Origin: Candidatus Latescibacterota bacterium
Lineage (GTDB): Bacteria; Latescibacterota; UBA2968; UBA8231
Assembly: GCA_965197905.1 (NCBI GenBank)
Contig: CBDAOB010000004.1
Span: 1,024,001 to 1,088,000 of the forward strand
DNA: 64,000 bases
Direction: 5' to 3'
In this document: positions 1 through 10,180 of the stretch, piece by piece
How the letters are laid out: each line of letters starts with the position of its first letter
How positions within the stretch are numbered: the first letter of the stretch is position 1
The notes under the pieces: model-generated
The model's database searches: none
What the model was told of the DNA's origin: nothing
Seen by the model: only the letters and a program-made list of their open reading frames with translations
Made by a program: the position numbers and the translations under genes

Positions 1-541
1 GTGTCACTGCACAGTAGTCGGTGGTGCCTCTGAACCTGGCGACGTCGCTTCCCGCAGTGTGGATGGGAAACCCGTTAACCACAATGTGGGGACCGGTGAA
101 GTGGTCTTCAAAACCGGGCAGCACAAGAAACTCCCCGTCCCGCTCGATTTTCCAGTTCTCTTCGACCCATGGCCGCGCCTGCTCGGCGCCGGTCCGCGTG
201 TAATCGCGCAGGTACGCCTCGCGGCCGGCATCTTCGTTGCACGGGAAGTGAGGTTTGGAGCCTTCGCCCCGCGGTCGGGCAAGGGACATAACCTGGCCGT
301 CCAGGTTCCAGTCGTGGACTCCATCCCCGTCTTGATCGCCGTATGCGTCGTGGTCGGCAATGCAGAGAATCCGGTACCCCTCAGCGAGGTAGAGATCGGC
401 GACCTCCTGCGGTGACAGCATGCCGTCGCTATGGGTGCTATGGCAATGAAGGTTCGCTTTGAACGCAGGGGTGGAAGCTTCGTGGAAGGATCCGACGACA
501 ACGGCGTCCCCCATGCCGGTATGGATCTCGTGGCGTTCCAA
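1..541 (-). CDS. PHP-domain metallohydrolase (CehA/McbA-like), runs off the window start
   Basis: Manual translation of a frame absent from the ORF track: TTG at 541 after a GGAAGGA RBS gives MERHEIHTGMGDAV...FKANLHCHSTHSDGMLSPQEV...GYRILCIADHD, the PHP HxH...SDG and DHD motifs. Confidence 0.85.
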   Translation of the reverse strand, partial: MERHEIHTGMGDAVVVGSFHEASTPAFKANLHCHSTHSDGMLSPQEVADLYLAEGYRILCIADHDAYGDQDGDGVHDWNLDGQVMSLARPRGEGSKPHFPCNEDAGREAYLRDYTRTGAEQARPWVEENWKIERDGEFLVLPGFEDHFTGPHIVVNGFPIHTAGSDVARFRGTTDYCAVT

Positions 542-573
542 GGAATAGTTCCTTCCCGTTTGAGAGTCTTCGA

Positions 574-1434
574 TCAGCGCTGGCGCACGAACTTCTGCAA
601 TCTTTGATCGGTCTGCACCTCGCCGACGTAGAGATCGCCGGCGCTGTCGGTCCAGATGCCGTGGGGACAGCCGAGAAATTCTCCCGGCTCGTCCAACCGC
701 TCTCCCTTACCCCAGCGACACAACAGCTCGCCCTCGAGATTCAGGATGCTGACCCGCTGATCGAGCTCGGCGATGTAGACGATATCGTCCTCGTCGATAT
801 GGATCGTATCGGGACGATTGAGGTCGCCCCACTCTGTCAGGTAAACGCCTTCGGTATCGAAGATCTGCACGCGGCTGTTAGTGCGGTCGCAGACGAGAAC
901 GCGATCGTTCTTGTCGACACGAACGCAGTGGGGCAGATCGAATTCGCCCGGACCGCTGCCCGGGCTTCCCCAGGATTTGATCAACTCTCCCGCTGCCGTG
1001 TACTTGTGGACGCGGGCATTGTCGTAGCCATCGGAGATATACATGTCGCCGGCGGAATCGAAGGCGATATCGGTGGGCAGACGGAACGGCTCACCTTCGG
1101 CTCCCTGCGCTCCCGGCGTGCCAAGGGTGGAGATCAGGTTTCCATCAATATCGAGCTGCCGCATGCAGTGGGCTTCCCGTTCCACGCAGAATATCCGATC
1201 CCCTTCGTCGATGAGGATCCCGTGGGCATCGACCAGAATCTCCTCTGCCAACGAGTCGATGAAGTTGCCGGCCCTATCGAGACGGACGAGAGGATGCTCA
1301 CTGCGATTGTAGACGTAGACGCGGTCTTTGGAGTCGACACCCACGGCAGCTACCCAGCCGAGTCTCCAGCCTGCCGGGTAGGAACCCCAGCCCTCAGCGA
1401 CTTCGTACACAAAATCTCCAGAACCTACGATCAT
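574..1434 (-). CDS. NHL-repeat beta-propeller protein (peptidyl-alpha-hydroxyglycine alpha-amidating lyase-like)
   Basis: Repeated NHL units (F.LPTDIAFDSAGDMYISDGY, F.LPHCVRVD, PHGIWTDSAGDLYVGE). Confidence 0.9.
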   Translation of the reverse strand: MIVGSGDFVYEVAEGWGSYPAGWRLGWVAAVGVDSKDRVYVYNRSEHPLVRLDRAGNFIDSLAEEILVDAHGILIDEGDRIFCVEREAHCMRQLDIDGNLISTLGTPGAQGAEGEPFRLPTDIAFDSAGDMYISDGYDNARVHKYTAAGELIKSWGSPGSGPGEFDLPHCVRVDKNDRVLVCDRTNSRVQIFDTEGVYLTEWGDLNRPDTIHIDEDDIVYIAELDQRVSILNLEGELLCRWGKGERLDEPGEFLGCPHGIWTDSAGDLYVGEVQTDQRLQKFVRQR

Positions 1435-1496
1435 AACATTTCTCCAAACGTTTATGGTCGGACAGTCACGTCAAAGTATATTATTCTTGCTGCCAA

Positions 1497-2525
1497 CTAG
1501 GGCTCCTTCGCCGCCGTCTGAATCAGGGCGCGCATGTAACCCAGGTCGAAAGCATTACCCTGCCGAAAACCCTCGTCACCGACGATGCGGGGCCAGTGTG
1601 CCGGCGCCAGGTGGGCGTTGGAGCCGGCCTTGTTGAGAGCGCGGACCACGGCGAGGAAGTCGCAGTCGCCAAGATCGAGAAACGCTTCCTGGAACTTGGG
1701 CACCGTCCCATTGACCGCCTGCACATGTCCCATGAAGATCTTCTCACCTCCCAAGCTGTTGATGGCGTGATCCAGATCGATCCCCATCGCCTGCCAGTTC
1801 CCCAGACACATGTTGATTCCCCACACCGGGCTGTCGGCAATCTCCAGCGCCCGCAGGTGACCCTCTAGGTTGTAGAACAACCGTGGCATGCCGCCCATGC
1901 TCTCCACTGGCGGATCGTCGGGATGCACGGCCATGCGCACGCCGGCATCTTCACACACCGGCAGGATCTTCTTCACGAAGTACTCGTAGTTGTCCCACAT
2001 CTCCTCGCGACTGTATTCGCGGCCGCGAAACAAAGGCAGCGGCTCCAGCTTCTTCATATCGATCGCCGAAAGCAGTGAACCGCCGCGACCGGGGACCTCG
2101 TAGGAGTGGCGCCAGGACGCGTTCACCATGGTCTCCGGATTGCACATCCAGTGATACGCCATCAGAGTGACCCCCGCCTTGCCTGCCAGCCGAATGTTGT
2201 GTGTCAGGTTCTCGATCTGCTGATCGCGCAGCTCGCCCCCCAGCCAGATATGCTCCATCGCCGACGCCTCCGCCTGCCCGGTAATCTCCAGCGTGCCCAG
2301 CTCCATACCCAGGTCGCGGATCTCGTTCACCAGATTCACGATCCTGAGATAGTCCCACTTCAGACCCGGTTTTCTTCCCCCGACCTTGCCACCCGGGGGG
2401 TTGATCGCGGGGTCGTTGCACCCAACGATTACTTTTTCTACGCCCAGCTGCGCCAGATAGCGCAGATGGGTCTTGTCCTTCATGATCGGCTCGAAATGCG
2501 AATACGCGCCCAGACAGACAGGCAT
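1497..2525 (-). CDS. Mannonate dehydratase (UxuA)-family protein
   Basis: MAVHPDDPP motif, MWDNYEYF..ILPVCE.AGVR, KFQEAF.D.GD; start placed at MPVCLG (2525) after AAGGAG. Confidence 0.85.
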   Translation of the reverse strand: MPVCLGAYSHFEPIMKDKTHLRYLAQLGVEKVIVGCNDPAINPPGGKVGGRKPGLKWDYLRIVNLVNEIRDLGMELGTLEITGQAEASAMEHIWLGGELRDQQIENLTHNIRLAGKAGVTLMAYHWMCNPETMVNASWRHSYEVPGRGGSLLSAIDMKKLEPLPLFRGREYSREEMWDNYEYFVKKILPVCEDAGVRMAVHPDDPPVESMGGMPRLFYNLEGHLRALEIADSPVWGINMCLGNWQAMGIDLDHAINSLGGEKIFMGHVQAVNGTVPKFQEAFLDLGDCDFLAVVRALNKAGSNAHLAPAHWPRIVGDEGFRQGNAFDLGYMRALIQTAAKEP

Positions 2526-2644
2526 TGGATTCTCCTTATTTCTCTCTTTTCGTGAGCTTGGCCGGTGCGATAATATGCGCAATTATCGCAAAAAGCGTTT
2601 GTCCTTATTTTCTTTCTCTGACGAACCTTATCACGGGGGCAACA

Positions 2645-3496
2645 ATGGACTCGAGATATATCGAATATCTGCTGACGGCCGAGGAATCGGAGCAATTCGA
2701 ACGGGACGGTTTCTTTTTCGTCGAAAACGCCTTGTCCGAGGATGTGGTGGACACCCTTATCACCGTCGTCGACCGCATCGATGGAGAGGAACGCCGGCGA
2801 TTGCAGAGCGCCCCGGGCGACCGCTCCAGTGTCCGCGACTTCATCGGCAGAGACGACCGCTTCCTGGAGTTGCTCGATTGGTACAAAACCTTTCCCAAGG
2901 TGTGGGGCATCCTCGGCTGGCACATCCAGCTGTACCACACGCACCTGAACGTCACGCCCGCTGTTTCAGGAAGTACCCTTGAAGGGGATGGTCTGGGGTT
3001 GAATTGGCATCAGGACAGCGGCCGCATCAATCAGGACTGCGAAAGCAACCCCCGCGCGCGCGTCTCGCTCAAAGTGGGATTCTTTCTTACCGACATCACT
3101 GAATCAAACTGCGGCAATTTCTACATCGTGCCCGGCAGCCACCTGCAAAACGACTTTCCGGGAGATGACCGCAATGGCCTTCTGGATGGCGCCATGCCAG
3201 TGTGCGTTCCCGCCGGGACCGCGGTTTTTTTCGATCGTCGCCTGTGGCATTCGGCAAGCAACAACTACTCGCATACGCCGCGACGGGTGCTCTTCTACGG
3301 CTACTCCTACCGCTGGTTGCGTCCGCGCGACAACATGACTGTTGATCACTACCTCGATCGCTGCGACCCGATTCGCAGACAACTCCTCGGCGTCAGCAAT
3401 ACGGGCGGCCTCGGGTACACTTCACCTTCGGATGAGGACGTGCCGCTGAAGTCATGGCTGGAAGAGCAGCTGGGCGCAGAGGCAGTGATTCCTTGA
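2645..3496 (+). CDS. Phytanoyl-CoA dioxygenase (PhyH) family Fe(II)/2OG oxygenase
   Basis: F.RDGFFFVENAL, WHQD (HxD), IVPGSH, FDRRLWHSA (distal His). Confidence 0.9.
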   Translation: MDSRYIEYLLTAEESEQFERDGFFFVENALSEDVVDTLITVVDRIDGEERRRLQSAPGDRSSVRDFIGRDDRFLELLDWYKTFPKVWGILGWHIQLYHTHLNVTPAVSGSTLEGDGLGLNWHQDSGRINQDCESNPRARVSLKVGFFLTDITESNCGNFYIVPGSHLQNDFPGDDRNGLLDGAMPVCVPAGTAVFFDRRLWHSASNNYSHTPRRVLFYGYSYRWLRPRDNMTVDHYLDRCDPIRRQLLGVSNTGGLGYTSPSDEDVPLKSWLEEQLGAEAVIP

Positions 3497-3532
3497 CGGA
3501 GGGGGTCCGCGCGCACAGCCCATCCCTTTGGG

Positions 3533-5206
3533 TCAGTCCAGTGGAATAACGGGCAGTAGCAGGTGTGATGGGAATATTGAAGTATGGTGGACCGACTGGT
3601 TCGCCCTTCTCATGTTGGCGCCCCGCGCCGGATCTCCACCTGTATTCAAGTTGCGGTCGAATCGTGGGAAGTTCGACGACGAAACCTCCAATCGGATTTG
3701 GTGACCTTTCCGGAAGCAGTTCCCCGTAACCCCAACCTCGATCTCGTACTCGTACACTTTTCCGGCCTCCAGGAGTTTGGGCTCGGAGAAACTCTCTCGA
3801 TAGCGCGCCCGCAGAATGCCGTCGCACAGGTTCATGGCATACCCGCCGGGCGAGACGTCAACGAGTTTGGCGGTCCAGTCCGAGTCGAGACCATCGGTGG
3901 CAGCGTATAGCACGAGTTTGATCGGACCGATGACATCCACGTCACTCGGCATCGGCTGGCTGGTGTAACATAAGACGTCGTTTCGCATCTCCACGGGACG
4001 CTGGTCGTAGGGACCCCAGGGCACGATGTGCGGTGAGCAGCAGTTGTTGCCGCCCATCGTCGGGACCGGAAATTCTGGATCGTAGACGAAGGTGTCGGTG
4101 TTCTCGTTTTGTGGTAGGTCGGTTGAAAGAGCACCGTCGCCGATAACCGTATTCGCCTTTCCGTGCGAGTGCAGGTACCACCGCTCCCATTTCGTCCGCG
4201 CCAGCGGCCATTCGTGTTCGTCCTGCCACCTGTTGCTTCCCATGATGAAGAGACGGAGCGGCGGTTCATCTACGATGCCGTTGTCTATGTCCCGCATCCA
4301 GTAGTCGAACCACCGGATCTCTTCGGCCTCGAGATCAACCAGTGAACTTGCCCCGAAATCCACATCTCCAGTGCGTGAAGATAGGCTCAGCGCGTGGGGC
4401 CACGGACCAACGATGAGCCGGCTGCGTCGGGTGTTCTTGCTCCCACCCTCAAGGCGCATGCCGTTCAAGTTGGTGAAGGTCTGGTTGGCGTAGAGATCGT
4501 ACCACCCACCCATAATGTATGCCGGGGCGAGCATGTCACCCCAACGCAGCTCATCGTTGAACTCCTCCCAGTAGCTGTCGTCGGTCGAATGGTCCATCCA
4601 GTCCTGCCAGAAGGCCAGGTCGCGACCCGCGCCCTTCGCTAAATCACCCACGGGCAGTGTGCGAAACGCTTCCGTCCAGTTGTGAAAATCGATTGACTGA
4701 CCCGTTCGGCCGTTGGTGCGCATCCCCCATGTGGCCAGAACGTTCAGCTGAAAGGCCCCACCCGGCCATACGAGGCCGTTGTAATATTCTGCCGCCATTA
4801 CGCGGGGGACGATGCAGGTCAGATGCGAACTCTGCAGTGGAGCGCTGGTCCACTGAACGCATCCACCGTAGGAACTTCCGGACATCCCGATCTTACCGTC
4901 GCTCCATTCCTGACGGCCGATCCACTCCTGGGTGTCGTAGCCATCTTCGGCCTCGCGAAATGGATAGTAGTCGCCATCGGAGTCCCAGCATCCACGGCAA
5001 TCCTGGATCACGCAGGCGTACCCGTAGTTGGCAAGCCGCCGGCCTTTCTCCACGCTCCCATCCATGTTGTTGCTGTACGGCGTGCGCATGAGGACTGTGG
5101 GAAAGGTGCCTCGCGTTTTCGGGAGATAGACGTCCGAAGAGAGCTCGACCCCGTCCCGAGCGGGAGTTTTGATATTCAGCTGCATGTCTACGGGGTAGTT
5201 TGCCAT
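3533..5206 (-). CDS. CocE/NonD-family serine hydrolase
   Basis: RDGVELSSDVYLP, RTPY, QDCRG, GSSYGG nucleophile, GPWPH, C-terminal SSSNFPRFDRN; likely start MANYPV. Confidence 0.92.
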   Translation of the reverse strand: MANYPVDMQLNIKTPARDGVELSSDVYLPKTRGTFPTVLMRTPYSNNMDGSVEKGRRLANYGYACVIQDCRGCWDSDGDYYPFREAEDGYDTQEWIGRQEWSDGKIGMSGSSYGGCVQWTSAPLQSSHLTCIVPRVMAAEYYNGLVWPGGAFQLNVLATWGMRTNGRTGQSIDFHNWTEAFRTLPVGDLAKGAGRDLAFWQDWMDHSTDDSYWEEFNDELRWGDMLAPAYIMGGWYDLYANQTFTNLNGMRLEGGSKNTRRSRLIVGPWPHALSLSSRTGDVDFGASSLVDLEAEEIRWFDYWMRDIDNGIVDEPPLRLFIMGSNRWQDEHEWPLARTKWERWYLHSHGKANTVIGDGALSTDLPQNENTDTFVYDPEFPVPTMGGNNCCSPHIVPWGPYDQRPVEMRNDVLCYTSQPMPSDVDVIGPIKLVLYAATDGLDSDWTAKLVDVSPGGYAMNLCDGILRARYRESFSEPKLLEAGKVYEYEIEVGVTGNCFRKGHQIRLEVSSSNFPRFDRNLNTGGDPARGANMRRANQSVHHTSIFPSHLLLPVIPLD

Positions 5207-5220
5207 GTCGCCCACTGCGC

Positions 5221-6300
5221 CTATTTGCCGCGGCCGAGACAAGCCTGCCTGAATTCTTCCATACTATCTACCAGGGGACAGGATTTGCCGTCTAACATGC
5301 GTTCAATCGCGGCATCGTCTTTGAAGCCCGTTCCCGTAACCAGACAGACCACCTCGGCATCCAGATCCAGCTCCCGGCGGGCGCAGGCGTCCATCACACC
5401 TGCCAGGCCGATCGCTCCAGCCGGCTCGGAAAATATACCCTCCTCCCGTGCCATCCTCGCCTGCGCTGAGAACACCTCATCATCGCTGACGAGGTATCCC
5501 GTCCCACCCGAGGCGCGACACGACGCCAGGGCCTCGTCCCCGTCGATAACATTGGCGATCTGCAGCGCACTGATGGTCGTGGCCCCCTCACTGGTCTGGG
5601 CGTGCTCGCTGCCCTCGCGCAGCGGTCCGGCAATCGTGTTGTTGCCCTTGGGCTGCACGCAGTGCACCGCGGCGGAACAACCCGCGCGCTCGAAACCGCG
5701 CGCCACCGCCAGGGACAATCCCCCGCCGGCAGTGGGAGAGAATACATGGTCGGGACCGCCAGACAACTGCTCCGCCAGTTCGTAGCTGATGGTCTGCACC
5801 GCCTCCATGGCTCGTGGACAGTATCTAAAGGCGCTGATCTCCTGCGCGGCTCCCATTTCTGCGGCCAGGGGTCCCAACCCCTCCATGATCTCCTCGGTCA
5901 CCACCGGATCAAAACCGAAACCGCGAATGCGCAACAGGGTTGCCCCAAAGGCCAGCATCTGGCGCAGCTTGCCTTCCGCCGCCTTTTCCAGGATCGCAAC
6001 GTAACAAGAGATGCCGAGAGCCGCGCTATAAGCGGCGAGCGCTGCACCGGCATTGCCGCTGGACACTCCGAGAACCGCATTCTTGCCTTCGGCACGAAGA
6101 TGGGATACAGCAAACGCGGTAAAGCGATCTTTGTAGGAGCCGGTGGGATTACTGCCTTCGAGCTTGAAATAAAGGTTCTTCAGCCCTGCCGCCGGCCCGA
6201 TTCGTCGAGATCGGATCAGTGGCGTTTGGCCCTCCTCCAGGCTGAAGCGGTGTTCGGCTGCCAATGGAGGCAGCATATCGGCGTATTTCCAGATGCTCAT
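5221..6300 (-). CDS. Threonine synthase-like PLP-dependent enzyme (fold type II)
   Basis: EGQTPL, KLEGSNPTGSYKDR (PLP Lys), SSGNAG, EGIFSEP, TGTGFKD. Confidence 0.85.
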   Translation of the reverse strand: MSIWKYADMLPPLAAEHRFSLEEGQTPLIRSRRIGPAAGLKNLYFKLEGSNPTGSYKDRFTAFAVSHLRAEGKNAVLGVSSGNAGAALAAYSAALGISCYVAILEKAAEGKLRQMLAFGATLLRIRGFGFDPVVTEEIMEGLGPLAAEMGAAQEISAFRYCPRAMEAVQTISYELAEQLSGGPDHVFSPTAGGGLSLAVARGFERAGCSAAVHCVQPKGNNTIAGPLREGSEHAQTSEGATTISALQIANVIDGDEALASCRASGGTGYLVSDDEVFSAQARMAREEGIFSEPAGAIGLAGVMDACARRELDLDAEVVCLVTGTGFKDDAAIERMLDGKSCPLVDSMEEFRQACLGRGK

Positions 6301-6349
6301 GGCACCACAGTGAGTAGAGTTGCGTGCCGGAAAGCTGAACGGGGGAGCT

Positions 6350-6676
6350 CTATTCAGCTTCCCTGTTTACGGCTCGATTGGTCTTGGCTCGACGCTTTTC
6401 CGACTCCTGATTCATTTCCTTCATTTCCGTTTTCAAACCGTTCAGCTTCTTCTGCATCTTCTTTTTCTTGACCTCCAACTGCTGCTTGTTTCGATCGGCT
6501 ATCTTGGTTTTCGAGCCGGCGGCCTTATACCGTCCCATCACTTCTCTCTTCAGCTGATCGACTTGCGAAATCTGATTCTTCATGCGCCCGATCAGCTGGG
6601 CGGTCGTAATCTTGGCCGTGACCACAAGCACCATCATCAAAAGCGCTGCTACCATGGCTACTATTTCAAGGGTCAT
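6350..6676 (-). CDS. Small membrane-anchored Lys-rich coiled-coil protein
   Basis: N-terminal hydrophobic helix then heptad-like K/E/Q-rich tail; GGGAGG RBS. Confidence 0.7.
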   Translation of the reverse strand: MTLEIVAMVAALLMMVLVVTAKITTAQLIGRMKNQISQVDQLKREVMGRYKAAGSKTKIADRNKQQLEVKKKKMQKKLNGLKTEMKEMNQESEKRRAKTNRAVNREAE

Positions 6677-7007
6677 GACATCCCTCCCTTTTCGATGAAC
6701 TTAGGCAAGCCGAGCAAGCGACAAAAGGAGTAACGATTCAATAAAGGGCGACCTCTTCGTCCTGACACGCATTTTTTGTCTGCTAAAGGTCATTGTGATG
6801 CTGTTAAATATACTCTCTGGCTAATAGTGCTCTCCTTTGCCCCCCTGCGCGCGGATCACATTGTCGTATTCCCGGGGTCCTGTATATATATTGGGATCGC
6901 AACCCCGATTATCAGGGAGGGAGTCTCATGTTCTCAATTTTCTTACCACTCAGACTACGAGGTGTGCAGCCTACCGGTAGTGTGTCGATGTCCCTGGAGA
7001 CACCATC

Positions 7008-8657
7008 ATGATGAGTGCGGAGCGAGAGAGAGCGCGCTGGCGGCAACGGCGGCTCATTTACAACAACGACGGCGACGACGTGATCGAAGCGCGGCCTGAA
7101 GGCGTGGAGCACCAACACGACGTCGCCGAATCTCTCATGGTGCGCCGGACCGGGGATACGGTGCAGGATTTCCTCGACGCCCGCAGCACGCCGCTCATCG
7201 GCTCGCAGATAGACAGCAACTGGTTCGCCAGCGCCATGGCCGGCATCACCTTCTCCCATCACACGAAGCTGGGCGGATTCCACGGCACCGGCGTTCCCCT
7301 GGAGCTGGTAGAGAAGTACGGGCGCGACACCCTTGAGATCCAGCTCGACTTCAGCCGCGAGCATGGCATGGAAGCATCCTGGGCCCTGCGCATGAACGAT
7401 GTCCATGATGCCTTCCCCATGGGGACGCGTCGGTATAACTACGGTATAGCAAAGTTCAAGCGAGAAAACCCAGGATACATGATGGGCCGGGAAGGTGACT
7501 GGGAGAAATACGAGAGTGACAGCCCGCGATATGCATGGGACCTGCGGCATGCATGGACGCGATTGGATTTCGCCATTCCGGAGGTGTGCGAGCACATGTT
7601 CCGCGTCATCGAGGAGGTGGCGGAGAACTACGACGTGAACCTCATTGGCATGGAGTTCTTCAAGTACTGGCCGTACTTCCGCGAGGGGCTCGACGGAGAT
7701 CCGGTCGAACCCGAACACATGGAGATAATGAACGATCTTCTGCGCCGCGTTCGGTGCATGGCCGACGACGTGGCCAGCCGGCGCGGCCGCCCGTTGCTGC
7801 TGGCGGCCCAAACGCCGTTCAAGCTGGAGGATTGTGTGCACGTCGGCGTGGATCTGGAGACATGGCTCAAGGAAGGGCTGATCGACCAGCTGATCCCGGG
7901 GGGCAATTATGAGTCGGTCTTGCGCGATTCCTACACCGACATCATCGCCCTGGGACACAAATATGAGATCCCGGTCTACCCATGCATGACGTGGGCGTTT
8001 TGGGATCGCTGGGTTTTTCTCGCGTCGAGCGACGGGAAATACAGGCAGTTCGACGATTGGCTCGAGACGCTGTACGGGGGACAGCCCGACCGCATCGGCA
8101 AACCGGAGTATGTTACGTTGTTCAACGGGTGGGAGGGCTCCTTCCCAGCATGGCGCGGCGCTGCCTTGAACTTGCTTAACGCCGGCGCCGATGGACTCTA
8201 CCTCTTCAACCCCGCGCTCGGTGAGCCGCGTGTATGGCGGGAGATCGGAGAGGTGGCGACCATGGCTGGAAAAGACAGACTCTATGGCATCGACCGTTTC
8301 GAAGGCCCCGATAGCTTCAGCGAAATCCCGGAGGTAACACTGCCCGCGTTAGCGAGTTTTCAGGTGGGCGAGGATGTGGGATCTCTAGGTGCGCGGAGCA
8401 TCGATTTCACCCTGCATCTGTGGAACTGGGTTCCAGGTGACGACCTCTCGGTGAAACTCAACGGGGTATCTGTCGATGGGCTAGAACCGGCCGACCAGGA
8501 CCGAAACCATGAGGAAGGTCAGTGGTTACAGGGCAATCTCGATTCCAAGCAGATCAAACGAGGTGAGAACCAGCTGGAAGTGGCGGTGAACAAACGGGGC
8601 GAGTCGGGCTCATCTCCAGTCGTTCTGGACACGGCGCAGCTGCGCGTTCGCTACTAG
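7008..8657 (+). CDS. GHL10/DUF187-like TIM-barrel glycoside hydrolase-like protein with C-terminal beta-sandwich
   Basis: RRLIYNNDG, WALRMNDVHD, LDFAIPEV, YDVNLIGMEFF, GADGLYLFN; no signal peptide. Confidence 0.75.
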   Translation: MMSAERERARWRQRRLIYNNDGDDVIEARPEGVEHQHDVAESLMVRRTGDTVQDFLDARSTPLIGSQIDSNWFASAMAGITFSHHTKLGGFHGTGVPLELVEKYGRDTLEIQLDFSREHGMEASWALRMNDVHDAFPMGTRRYNYGIAKFKRENPGYMMGREGDWEKYESDSPRYAWDLRHAWTRLDFAIPEVCEHMFRVIEEVAENYDVNLIGMEFFKYWPYFREGLDGDPVEPEHMEIMNDLLRRVRCMADDVASRRGRPLLLAAQTPFKLEDCVHVGVDLETWLKEGLIDQLIPGGNYESVLRDSYTDIIALGHKYEIPVYPCMTWAFWDRWVFLASSDGKYRQFDDWLETLYGGQPDRIGKPEYVTLFNGWEGSFPAWRGAALNLLNAGADGLYLFNPALGEPRVWREIGEVATMAGKDRLYGIDRFEGPDSFSEIPEVTLPALASFQVGEDVGSLGARSIDFTLHLWNWVPGDDLSVKLNGVSVDGLEPADQDRNHEEGQWLQGNLDSKQIKRGENQLEVAVNKRGESGSSPVVLDTAQLRVRY

Positions 8658-8684
8658 GCAACACGAAAGGGAATAGCCCCCGGT

Positions 8685-8870
8685 GATGGACCCCATCGAG
8701 GCAGCCCGCTTCACCGCCCGCGAGGGATTCGCCGGCATGGAGATTCAAGGCGATCGTCTGGGCCTGTGGCCGACGACGGTGGCGAGGTCTACCGTCGCCG
8801 AATTGTGCGCCATCGGCGAGGGCGAGGGCATCGACTACACCTTCTATCCTTCGTCCCTCCTCAATCCGGC
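8685..8870 (+). pseudogene. N-terminal fragment of a sugar-phosphate isomerase/epimerase (AP-endonuclease-2 TIM barrel)
   Basis: DPIEAARFTAREGFAGMEI...NPA resembles the first TIM-barrel strands; sensible sequence ends where the convergent sialidase stop begins. Confidence 0.5.
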
Positions 8871-9949
8871 TACGGCGCTTCCCGCAGGCGGCAGCAGCGT
8901 ACATAGGTCACGTGCTCTTCGGTGACGTAGTAGACCACTACGATCGTACCATCAGACAACTGCGTCACCGATGGTGTGCCCCAGGTGAAAAAGTGATACG
9001 AATCGAACACGTCCTCGACCAGGTCCCGTTTTTTCGACAACACCGGAGCGCTGCGCACGGCCGCCGGTTCGATACCCCACAATTCGAGGTGATCCGCTTC
9101 GTTGAAGCGAGCTCCACCGTCCTCCGACAACATCGCTCTTACCCCCATGGGTGAGCGACGGTGATTGGTGACGGCTATGACGCGGCCGCTGAGAAGACCC
9201 GCCACATCGGTGACTTGGCCCCAGAAACCGGCATCTCGGGGTTCCGTCCAGCTATCGCCGCCGTCTGATGACCAAGCCGTATGCACGTTCAGGCCGGAAT
9301 CCGTTTTCGTATCATGCGTCCAGTAGGCGGCGAGGAGCCGGCCATCAGCCAGGCCGGTGATACGAAGATCGAAGTAGTAGTGACCGTCGCGCGGTCCCTG
9401 TACCCAACGCCAGGCATCCCAGGTGTGTCCGCCGTCGGTTGAACGGCTAATCAAAGCGCTCCACTCGGGAGGATCGGCAGTGTCGTCGCCGAACTCCGAG
9501 GCCGATACGATCGAGCCGTCCGGTAGCGTAACCAGGTTGCCGCCGACTCCGATGGTGCCCAGCGAGCCAGTTTCGACCGTACTGGGCTGCGACCAGGTAA
9601 GGCCACCATCGTCCGAGCGCCACACGTGCTGGCCGGAGGGGTAACGACACCAGACCAACACAGTGCCGTCGGCGGTCACACCGAATCCGCCAGGTAGGCG
9701 CCAACCTTGTTGAACCTCCGACGGTTCCGGCAAAGCGACAGCAGGAGCCCAATTCTCCCCGCCGTCATCGGATCGATGAATCCTTACCAAACCGTCGTCA
9801 CTTTCTCTCGCCGATCCATGACGGCACATACACAACAGGGTGTTGTCCGGCAGGGCCTGGACCGAGGGAAAGGCGACGTATTCATTGATGTGACTGGGTC
9901 GCTCGTTGCGGTAGACGGTGCTGTGGCTGAGAACCTTCAATCCCGCCAT
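8870..9949 (-). CDS. BNR/Asp-box sialidase-like protein
   Basis: Five Asp-boxes (SDDGGENW, SDDGGLTW, STDGGHTW, SSDGGDSW, SEDGGARF) and a YVAFP N-terminal motif; GGAGG RBS before ATG 9949. Confidence 0.88.
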   Translation of the reverse strand: MAGLKVLSHSTVYRNERPSHINEYVAFPSVQALPDNTLLCMCRHGSARESDDGLVRIHRSDDGGENWAPAVALPEPSEVQQGWRLPGGFGVTADGTVLVWCRYPSGQHVWRSDDGGLTWSQPSTVETGSLGTIGVGGNLVTLPDGSIVSASEFGDDTADPPEWSALISRSTDGGHTWDAWRWVQGPRDGHYYFDLRITGLADGRLLAAYWTHDTKTDSGLNVHTAWSSDGGDSWTEPRDAGFWGQVTDVAGLLSGRVIAVTNHRRSPMGVRAMLSEDGGARFNEADHLELWGIEPAAVRSAPVLSKKRDLVEDVFDSYHFFTWGTPSVTQLSDGTIVVVYYVTEEHVTYVRCCRLREAP

Positions 9950-10180
9950 TTCGATCAAACCTCCCGAAAAAGGTGATGGGCCCGATTTAAACGTCCTATT
10001 ACTTTCGCAGCCGGATCTGGGCGCTAAAGAAGCGGTTGTCGCTCTTATCGATCATGCCGAGGTCCGCAGAGTGTCCGAGTATCGGCACGAATGAATGGAC
10101 CAATATATTGCGGGTATTATTACGAAACCATTACTTCGGTCAAATTCGACTTTAGCATGCCAACATGAATGGAAGCCACA

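Noticed and set aside
4..501. ORF-track ORFs 4..501 (-) and 59..415 (+)
   Set aside because: Shadow frames; the PHP motifs lie in another minus frame that has no stop inside the window.
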